Source of the DNA: Nitrospirota bacterium
GTDB taxonomy: Bacteria > Nitrospirota > UBA9217
NCBI GenBank assembly: GCA_963840455.1
Contig: CAWIYV010000011.1
Location: 352,001-416,000, forward strand
Direction of reading: 5' to 3'
DNA length: 64,000 bases
This document shows positions 31,263-38,579 of the stretch, piece by piece; position 1 is the stretch's first letter, and each line of letters opens with the position of its first letter. The notes under the pieces are model-generated. The model did no database searches, was not told the origin of the DNA, and worked only from the letters and a program-made list of their open reading frames with translations. The position numbers and the translations under genes are program-made.

Positions 31263-31916
31263 ATGGAAAGGGACAACAAGCCCGGGCACAATCACGAGGA
31301 CCACATCACTATCATCGTGAATCAGGTCTCTCACCACATTTCGAGCAGCACCGTAACAGCAGCCTATCTCCGCGAACTTGCGGGAGCCGGAGCTGACTAT
31401 GAGGTATGGAAGGTAATCAAATCTCCTGATCCGGAAGGACAGCTGCCTGTCGATGATATGCAGGTCAAGGACAGCATTGAGGTAAAGAGCGGGGACAAGT
31501 TCAGGGTCGTCCCTCCGGGAACCTTCGGAACGGTGGCTACATTGCCGGCTGGCCAGCTTTCTCGGGAGTTGGAGCAACTCCATGAACAGGGCTGTGAAAC
31601 CGAAGTGCATGAAGACAGCAGCCTCACGATTGTCATATTCAAAAAGTTCCCTCTTCCTAAGGGGTATAACATGGAGGCAACCGATGTTCTTATAAAGGTT
31701 CCTTTGTCATACCCGAATGGACAACTGGACATGTTCTGGACCGAACCGAACCTTCGACTCGCAAGCGCCAATGGCCAGACAGCGACATCGGTCGAGCAGA
31801 TCCTTGGCAGACAATGGTTGCGGTTCTCGTGGCATCCCCAGAAATGGAACCCGGGCAGGGACAACATACTGACCTTCGTTGAGTTCATCAACAGGAGGCT
31901 CGCCCAACTGAAATGA
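31263..31916 (+). CDS. Ubiquitin-like (multi-ubiquitin type) domain fused to a prokaryotic E2-like domain
   Basis: ITIIVN...LRELAG...IEVKSGDKFRVVPPGTFG, then FPLPKGYN...VP.SYP..LDMFW..P...WLRFSWH...WNPG.D. Confidence 0.8.
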   Translation: MERDNKPGHNHEDHITIIVNQVSHHISSSTVTAAYLRELAGAGADYEVWKVIKSPDPEGQLPVDDMQVKDSIEVKSGDKFRVVPPGTFGTVATLPAGQLSRELEQLHEQGCETEVHEDSSLTIVIFKKFPLPKGYNMEATDVLIKVPLSYPNGQLDMFWTEPNLRLASANGQTATSVEQILGRQWLRFSWHPQKWNPGRDNILTFVEFINRRLAQLK

Positions 31917-33313
31917 GCAAAGAATATACCATACGAATCTCTGAACAAGATCTCAAGCTGTGCAGGTCGGCCGTCATGGCCGACCTGCCTAAAGAGAGCG
32001 CAGTATTTCTCCTGGCGGGCAGAAAAACGATAGGCGATCGAGAGGAACTTCTGATGCGGCGTGTCGTGGTAATCCCGAAATCCGAGTACCGCATTCAGAG
32101 CGATGTCCACCTCGATATTTCACCCCAAGCTATCAATGGCCTGGTAGCCCTATGTGAACAAAACGGCCTCGGCGCGATACTCTGTCACAGCCACCCGACA
32201 GACTCGCCGTACTCGCCGTCAGATGACAAAGGCGAAAAACGCATCGCCGAGACGATCTGGAAGTTTGTGCCAGAAGCACCTGTCGGGTCCTTGTTGATTT
32301 CTCCCGGTCAATACCGCGCCCGCATTTGGCTTCCTGGCCGAGCCCATTCAGCTGTCCAAGGCATTACCGTTGTTGGCAGACACATTCACCGGATCGGTCT
32401 CAACGGAAGCAGCAAAACAATGTCCTTCAATCGCGGTCTTTATGACAGACAGGTCCTCGCATTCGGAGACCAGGGACAGGAGGCAGTGTCGAAGACGAAG
32501 ATTGCCATTGTCGGCATGGGAGGTACTGGTTCGCCAACGGCAGAGCAGGCCGTCAGACTCGGCGTTAAAGATATCCTTCTCATCGATCCCGATACTCTCA
32601 GTGATTCGAATATAACCCGGGTATACGGCAGCTTTTACCGGGACATCACTCGACCGTGGTGGAAAAAGCTGCTGCCCATCAACGGCAAGCAGTCCAAGGT
32701 AGATATGATAGCTCGCCACCTCAGAAGTATTGCACCGGACGCAAAAATAGTCGCTTTGCAGGAGAACATCGTTACATCTTCTGCCGCCCGGGCATTACTA
32801 GACAGAGATGTCATATTCTGCTGCACAGATGAGCACTGGGGCAGATCGGTCGTGAACCAGATCGCGCATCAGTACATGATTCCTGTCATCAACATAGGAG
32901 TTCAGATCGACTCAAAGAACGGCGTGATACAAGGGGCCTCTGGATCCATCCACATTATCCGGCCGGATGCTCCTTGCCTCTGGTGCTATGAATTCCTCAG
33001 CGGTAAGCGTATTCGGGCAGAGAGCCTTCCGCCGGAACAAAGAGATTCTGAGCTGAGGGAAGGCTACGTAGAGAACATTGACGCGAAGGCGCCATCTGTT
33101 GTGTCCTTGACAACAACGCTTTCCGGTCATGCAGTAACAGCCTTCCTGCAGCTTGTCACTGATTTTAGGGGAGCGGCTGGAGGCTTTCACAGTCTGAACT
33201 ACAGCATTATGGAAGGAATCGTCAGGCGATGTTCAACAACGACTGATGAGCACTGCATCTGTAAATCGGCCAAAGGTTATGGAGACATGAAAGCCCTCCC
33301 CACTGTGGCATAA
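31913..33313 (+). CDS. JAB/MPN metallopeptidase + ThiF/E1 adenylation fusion
   Basis: E...HSHP...SPSD; YDRQ, GMGGTGS, IDPD....SN..R, CTD, CLWC and C-x-C zinc ligands. Confidence 0.9.
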   Translation: MSKEYTIRISEQDLKLCRSAVMADLPKESAVFLLAGRKTIGDREELLMRRVVVIPKSEYRIQSDVHLDISPQAINGLVALCEQNGLGAILCHSHPTDSPYSPSDDKGEKRIAETIWKFVPEAPVGSLLISPGQYRARIWLPGRAHSAVQGITVVGRHIHRIGLNGSSKTMSFNRGLYDRQVLAFGDQGQEAVSKTKIAIVGMGGTGSPTAEQAVRLGVKDILLIDPDTLSDSNITRVYGSFYRDITRPWWKKLLPINGKQSKVDMIARHLRSIAPDAKIVALQENIVTSSAARALLDRDVIFCCTDEHWGRSVVNQIAHQYMIPVINIGVQIDSKNGVIQGASGSIHIIRPDAPCLWCYEFLSGKRIRAESLPPEQRDSELREGYVENIDAKAPSVVSLTTTLSGHAVTAFLQLVTDFRGAAGGFHSLNYSIMEGIVRRCSTTTDEHCICKSAKGYGDMKALPTVA

Positions 33314-33350
33314 GCAGCATACTCATGCTATGCCATTTCAAGGCAAAGAG

Positions 33351-33380
33351 AGGGAGGGGCGTTGACGCCTCTCCCTTTTT
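33351..33380 (+). terminator. Intrinsic terminator
   Basis: AGGGAGGGGCGT-TG-ACGCCTCTCCCT followed by a T run. Confidence 0.7.
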
Positions 33381-33410
33381 ATTACCAGAACTCAACTAAG
33401 CAAAACATAG

Positions 33411-33514
33411 GAACTCAATTGTCTATGCCAATATAATCGGATACCGTCTTTAGACGACTTAATTGTTTAACGATGACTTAATTGTATAAGTTACGACTTA
33501 ATTGTTTCTTTATA
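33411..33514 (-). repeat. Tn7-like right end (TAT terminus)
   Basis: GACTTAATTGT at 33456, 33475 and 33495, plus a degenerate copy near 33412; reverse strand begins TATAAAGAA-ACAATTAAGTC. Confidence 0.9.
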
Positions 33515-33519
33515 GAAGG
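33515..33519 (+). repeat. 5-bp target-site duplication GAAGG (right copy)
   Basis: Matches 301-305. Confidence 0.85.
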
Positions 33520-33525
33520 CGTATC

Positions 33526-35157
33526 TCACATCTCGCACACCAGGTCCTCGATCTCCTTCGAGAAGGTCTCATAGTTCGGAGTGTAATCGATGGGACACTC
33601 GATGACGACGACCTTGTGGAGGTCGAAGGCCTGCTTGAGCACCACGGCGAGGTCGTCCCCCTTCTTCACGGTCATGCCGACCGCCCCGTGGCTCTCGGCG
33701 AACCGGGCGAAATCAGGATTGGTATAGTCCAGCCCGAAGCTCCGGAACCCCATGTTCTCCTGCTTCCACTTGATGAACCCGAAGGCGTTGTCGTTCAGGA
33801 TCAGCACGACGACCGGGATGTTCAACCGCACCGCGGTCTCGAGCTCCTGGGCGTTCATCATGAATCCGCCGTCGCCCACCACGGCAAGCACCCTGCGTTC
33901 GGGATGGACCAGCTTGGCGGCAAGGGCCGCAGGCAGGCCCGCACCCATGGTCGCGAGGGCGTTGTCGAGGATGAAGGTGTTCGGCTTGTAGGTGCGGTAG
34001 AGCCGCGAGAACCAGAGTTTGTAGATGCCGTTGTCCAGGGTGACGATGTCGTCCTCGCCGAGGGCCTTCCGCACGTGGCAGACGATCTCCTGCGGCTGGG
34101 GCGGGAAGGTCGTCTCGCAGGTCGCCGCGAGCTTCTCGGTCAGGAACAACCGGAGGTCCGCGAACAGCGTGTCGTCCCTCCGCGTCACCTTCGAGGCGAG
34201 CTGCCGGAGCGAGACCGAGACATCGCCGACCACTTCGATGGCGGGGTCGTAGTAGCGGTCCACATCAGCCTCGACGAAATCGATATGGATGATCTTCTTG
34301 TCAAGTCCCGGGTTCCAGATGAAGGGCGGGTACTCCACGATGCTGTACCCCACGGTGATGATCACATCTGCGCGGTCGATGCCGCAGTTCACGTAGTCCC
34401 GCTTGTGGATGCCCGTTGCGTAGAGGCTGTAAGAAGACTCGTCGGAGAGCACGCCCTTCCCCATCTGCGTATGCACCACGTAGATGCCCGTCCGCTCCAC
34501 GAATTCGCGAAGCTCCTTCCAGATGAGCTTCCGGTTCGCCCCGGCGGATAGGATGAGCAGTGGATGGCGCGACGCGTTGATGAGCTCCGCTGCACCTTCG
34601 ATCGTCTTGGTGTCAGGGTCCGGCCTGCGGCTGTGGCCCGGCTTCTGGACCTGTGCGTCCGTGCTGCTTCCGGCCACGTCCTCGGGAAGTTCGATGTGGA
34701 CCGCGCCCGGCCGCTCTGCCTGGGCGTGCTTGAAGGCGTTCCGGAGCACCGTCGGAATGGTCCCCGGGTCGATGATCGACGTTGCATACTTCGTGACGGG
34801 CCGCATCAGGCTGACCACGTCGATAAGCTGGAAGCAGGCCTGCCAGTTGTCGCGCACCGCCTTCTGGCCGGTGATGGCGATGAGCGGCGCGCCGATGAGC
34901 TGGGCGTGGGCGATGCCCGTCACCAGGTTCGTGGCGCCCGGCCCGAGCGTGGAAAAGCAGACGCCCGCCTTGCCGGTGAGCCGGCCGTAGGTGGCGGCCA
35001 TGAACGCCGCCGCCTGCTCGTGGCGCGTGACGACGAGCTTGATGTGCGACGTGCGGAGCGACTCGAGGAAATCGAGGTTCTCCTCGCCCGGCAGGCCGAA
35101 GATGTACTCGACGCCCTCCTCTTCCAGCTGTCTGACGAACAGGTCCGATGCTTTCAT
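33526..35157 (-). CDS. ThDP-dependent acetolactate-synthase-like enzyme, possibly 2-oxoglutarate decarboxylase
   Basis: GVEYIFGLPGEENL, RHEQ, GDGG...NDN; lies directly after SSADH, citrate synthase and aconitase. Confidence 0.85.
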   Translation of the reverse strand: MKASDLFVRQLEEEGVEYIFGLPGEENLDFLESLRTSHIKLVVTRHEQAAAFMAATYGRLTGKAGVCFSTLGPGATNLVTGIAHAQLIGAPLIAITGQKAVRDNWQACFQLIDVVSLMRPVTKYATSIIDPGTIPTVLRNAFKHAQAERPGAVHIELPEDVAGSSTDAQVQKPGHSRRPDPDTKTIEGAAELINASRHPLLILSAGANRKLIWKELREFVERTGIYVVHTQMGKGVLSDESSYSLYATGIHKRDYVNCGIDRADVIITVGYSIVEYPPFIWNPGLDKKIIHIDFVEADVDRYYDPAIEVVGDVSVSLRQLASKVTRRDDTLFADLRLFLTEKLAATCETTFPPQPQEIVCHVRKALGEDDIVTLDNGIYKLWFSRLYRTYKPNTFILDNALATMGAGLPAALAAKLVHPERRVLAVVGDGGFMMNAQELETAVRLNIPVVVLILNDNAFGFIKWKQENMGFRSFGLDYTNPDFARFAESHGAVGMTVKKGDDLAVVLKQAFDLHKVVVIECPIDYTPNYETFSKEIEDLVCEM

Positions 35158-35180
35158 GAACGCTCCTGAAATGTTAATTC

Positions 35181-35590
35181 GCCACGGAGGCACAGAGACA
35201 CAGAGAAAAGCATAAAAAAACCTTCGACACTGATCAACACTGATAACGGCTATTATAACGGCGGATCAATCCTCGGTATCATATCAAAATCAGTCTTTAT
35301 TCTGTTTTATATTTGCTGCAGTCCTTTAGATGCTCCTTCAGCATTCCTCTTGCAACACGCTTTTTACAGTGGGGACAGGGTGCGCAGCACGGGACTGGAT
35401 GTTCCAGCAAGGCTCTTCCTTCAATGTCTCTGCTTTGATTTTCATCCGTGTCCATCCGTGTCCACTCAGGGGTTGTCCCCGTGTCACCCCGTCACCGTGT
35501 CCCCGTGTCGGTCTTTCTTCGCGTCTCTCCGTGTCTCCCCGTCCCCGCCTGTCCCCGAGCGAGTCTATCGGGGATGTCTCCGTGTCAGCT
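35181..35590. repeat. Intergenic cluster of short-period repeats
   Basis: CACAGAG, ACACTGAT, ATCCGTG and CCGTGTC(A/C/T)CC units. Confidence 0.6.
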
Positions 35591-35593
35591 TTT

Positions 35594-37099
35594 CTACTCC
35601 TTCACCACCACGGTCTTGATGTTCACCAGCTCCTTCAGGCCGTAGTGCGACAGCTCGCGCCCCACGCCGGACTTCTTCACGCCGCCGAAGGGCAGCCGCG
35701 GATCGGATCTCACGAAGTCGTTGATGGCAACGAAGCCCGCTTCGATCCGCTTCGCGAGCCGCTCGGCCCGTGCCGTGTCCCGGCTCCAGATGGCCGCGCC
35801 GAGCCCGTACTCGGTCCTGTTGGCCACGGCAACGGCCTCGTCCTCGGTCTTCACGATGACGATCGGCGCAATGGGCCCGAAGACCTCGTCCTTCAGGACC
35901 TGCATGTCCGGCGTGGCCTTCAGCACCACGCAGGGCGCGCAGAAGTACCCCTTTTTGTACGGCTGGGGCAGTTCGATGGTCTTCGCGCCTTTGATCTTCG
36001 CGTCCCTGAGCTGGGCCTTCAGGCCGTCCAGAATGTCCTTCCGCGCCACCGGCCCGATATCCGTGGCCTCGTCCATGGGATCGCCCATCTTGAGCTCCCG
36101 GAGCCGTGCGGTGAAGTGCTTGGTGAATTCCTCTGCCACGCTTTCCATGACGATGAAGCGCTTTGCCGCAATGCAGCTCTGCCCGCTGTTCACCATACGC
36201 GCCTGCGCCGCCGTTCGGCCGGCCTTCTCAACGTCCGCGTCGTCCAGCACGATGAACGGATCGGACCCGCCGAGCTCGAGCACCAGGCTCTTGATCTTCC
36301 TGCCGGCCCGGCTCCCCACCTCTTCGCCGGCCCGGTTGCTGCCGGTGAGCGACACGGCGTCAACCAGGTCGTCATCAATAAGCTGCATGGCGGCCTGCGG
36401 CGTGATCAGCAGCGTCGTGAACACGTTCTCCGGAAAACCGGCCTTACGGAAGGCGTCCTCGATTGCCAGCGCGGTCATCGGAACGTTCGATGCGTGCTTC
36501 AGGAGCACCACGTTCCCCGCTGCGACGCCGGGCACGCCGACCCGGAACACCTGCCAGAACGGAAAATTCCAGGGTTCAATGGCGAGGATGACGCCCAGCG
36601 GCTCGAAGGCGATGTAGCTCTTCTTCGCTTCCGTCGCGACTATCTCGGGCGCGAGAAACCGCTCGGCGTTCGCGGCATAATACTCGCTCAGCACAGCGCA
36701 TTTCTCCACCTCGGCCATGGCGTCCTTGATAGGCTTTCCCATCTCCTGGGTGATCAGCGTTGCGTAGCTCCGCTTTTCCTCCCTCAGCACCGAGGCGAGC
36801 CTGGTGAGCAGGGCCGTCCGCTGCGCGACCGGAACCTCCCGCCAGCGGGCCAGAGCCTGGCGCGATCTGGCGATCGTGCCTTCCACCTCGGATCTGGACA
36901 TGACGAGGAACTCATGCATCACTTCTTCCGTGTACGGATTGATCGACAGGAGCTTTTCACTCTGCTCCTTTCTTGTTTTCACTATGCTTGCCTTCATTTT
37001 ATTCACCCCCCTGTTCGGGGACGCTCGCTTTGCTGTCTTCTTTGCTGTTCTTTTCTTCGATATCGGTTTCCTTGATGTCTTCGCTGTCTTCTTTTTCAT
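35594..37099 (-). CDS. NAD(P)-dependent succinate-semialdehyde dehydrogenase-like aldehyde dehydrogenase
   Basis: PWNFPFWQ, LKHASN, ELGGSDP, GQSCIAAKR, PFGGVKKSG. Start is 37099 or 36997. Confidence 0.9.
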   Translation of the reverse strand: MKKKTAKTSRKPISKKRTAKKTAKRASPNRGVNKMKASIVKTRKEQSEKLLSINPYTEEVMHEFLVMSRSEVEGTIARSRQALARWREVPVAQRTALLTRLASVLREEKRSYATLITQEMGKPIKDAMAEVEKCAVLSEYYAANAERFLAPEIVATEAKKSYIAFEPLGVILAIEPWNFPFWQVFRVGVPGVAAGNVVLLKHASNVPMTALAIEDAFRKAGFPENVFTTLLITPQAAMQLIDDDLVDAVSLTGSNRAGEEVGSRAGRKIKSLVLELGGSDPFIVLDDADVEKAGRTAAQARMVNSGQSCIAAKRFIVMESVAEEFTKHFTARLRELKMGDPMDEATDIGPVARKDILDGLKAQLRDAKIKGAKTIELPQPYKKGYFCAPCVVLKATPDMQVLKDEVFGPIAPIVIVKTEDEAVAVANRTEYGLGAAIWSRDTARAERLAKRIEAGFVAINDFVRSDPRLPFGGVKKSGVGRELSHYGLKELVNIKTVVVKE

Positions 37100-37130
37100 G
37101 ACGCCCCCTGTTGAGAACCTTGAATACCTT

Positions 37131-37321
37131 AACACGAATTACACGAATAAATTCCGAATGACACGAATGAAATGTCTTTTAACGTCGTCATCCCCGTGCA
37201 AGCGGAGATCCAGTGAAGATCCTAAATCCCTGGATTCCCGCCTTCGCGGGAAAGACGAAACGGCGAGAAAGCTTTTTAAAGGTCTTATTCGTGCCATTCG
37301 TCCATTCGTGACATTCGTGTT
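37131..37321. repeat. Nested inverted repeats: ACACGAAT array enclosing a REP-like palindrome
   Basis: AACACGAAT-type units x3-4 ... ATTCGTG-type units x4; inner CGTCATCCCC..ATCCAG...CTGGATTCCCGCCTTCGCGGGAAAGACG (37186-37257). Confidence 0.75.
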
Positions 37322-37334
37322 CAATCCTCTTATT

Positions 37335-38525
37335 TTACGTGCGTTTCTCGATCGGCGTGTACGTGCACGCTTCGTTCCCGCAGTAGTGGCCGCTGTATTC
37401 CGACGACGGCCGGTACAGCGCCGGCTTCTCGCCGTGGGCGTCGCCGAACTTCTCCTCGATGATATGGGAGGCCCAGCCTGCGATCCGGGACACGGCGAAG
37501 AGCGGCGTCATCAGGTCGCCCGGGAAACCCATCATATGGTAGACCGGAGCACTGTAAAAATCCACATTCGGCTTGATCGTGGTCTTGCCCCTTTTCACGA
37601 ACTCGGCAACGGCCGTCTCCTCGATCACCGTGGACAGCCGGCACCAGTGCTCCTGGCCCAGCTTGTTCCCCAGACGGAAGCACATGTTCTTCAGGAACTT
37701 CGCCCGCGGGTCCGTTGTCTTGTACACCGCATGGCCCATGCCCATGATCTTCGCGTGGCCGTCCAGCTGCTTCTGCACCCAGCGGGGGACGTCCTTCTCC
37801 CGTGACCGCTCCAGCTCATCCAGCATCTTCATCACCTGCGCGTTGGCCCCGCCGTGAAGGCTTCCGGACAGGGCGCCGACGCCTGCGGCCACGCCCGCGT
37901 ACATATGCGCCCGCGTCGAGACGACGGCGCGGCACGCGAAGGTCGACGCGTTGAACGAGTGGTCGGCATGCAGGATGAGGGCCGTGTCGAGGTCATGGGC
38001 GATCTCGGGGTCGGGATACGCGCCCTTCAGGAGCCACAGGAAATTTCCCGCATGCGACAGCGTTTCGTCCGCCGGCAGCGGATCATGCCCGTTGCGGATC
38101 CGGTCCCATCCGGCCACGATCAGGGGAATGCGCGCGATCAGCCTGATCGCCTTGGCAATGTTCGCCTCGCGGGACTCGTCCTGCAGTTCGTGGTCGGCCA
38201 TGCCCAGGACCGGGATGGATGCCTGGAGTATATCCATGGGCGGGGCCGACGTCGGCAGTTTCCTGATGCTGTCAAAGACGAATGACGGCAGCTCCCGCGC
38301 CTCGGCGAGCCTCTTCTTGAAATCAGTGTACTGCTCTTCATTCGGCATGCGGTCATGGAGCAGGAGATAGGCCGTCTCTTCGAAGGTCGAGTGCTCCGCC
38401 AGCTCCTCGATCGGATAGCCCCGGTAGATCAGGATCCCATGCTCGCCGTCGACATCGCTGATCCTGGTGTCTGCGACCTTGATGCCGCGCAGGCCGATGT
38501 TCTTTGTCTTCGCAGTTTCCACCAT
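37335..38525 (-). CDS. gltA: Citrate synthase
   Basis: HADHSFNAS, LHGGAN, GMGHAVYK..DPR, PNVDFYS. Confidence 0.9.
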   Translation of the reverse strand: MVETAKTKNIGLRGIKVADTRISDVDGEHGILIYRGYPIEELAEHSTFEETAYLLLHDRMPNEEQYTDFKKRLAEARELPSFVFDSIRKLPTSAPPMDILQASIPVLGMADHELQDESREANIAKAIRLIARIPLIVAGWDRIRNGHDPLPADETLSHAGNFLWLLKGAYPDPEIAHDLDTALILHADHSFNASTFACRAVVSTRAHMYAGVAAGVGALSGSLHGGANAQVMKMLDELERSREKDVPRWVQKQLDGHAKIMGMGHAVYKTTDPRAKFLKNMCFRLGNKLGQEHWCRLSTVIEETAVAEFVKRGKTTIKPNVDFYSAPVYHMMGFPGDLMTPLFAVSRIAGWASHIIEEKFGDAHGEKPALYRPSSEYSGHYCGNEACTYTPIEKRT

Positions 38526-38579
38526 GCAATTCTCCCCGTTCATCCGCGTGTATCGTTCTTAAAATCCGCCTCTGACCTG

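Larger units (their letters stand above)
306..33514. mobile_element. Composite Tn7-like island (stacked elements at one attachment site)
   Basis: Starts TGT at 306 followed by ACAATTAAGTC TnsB-type sites. Ends with three inverted GACTTAATTGT sites and ...TATA at 33514. GAAGG duplicated at 301-305 and 33515-33519. Contains tnsABC + tnsD x2. Sharp base-composition change at both borders. Confidence 0.9.

Noticed and set aside
33411-33514. Possible mini-CRISPR or iteron array
   Set aside because: The motif is the inverse of the left-end TnsB sites and is followed by the target duplication.
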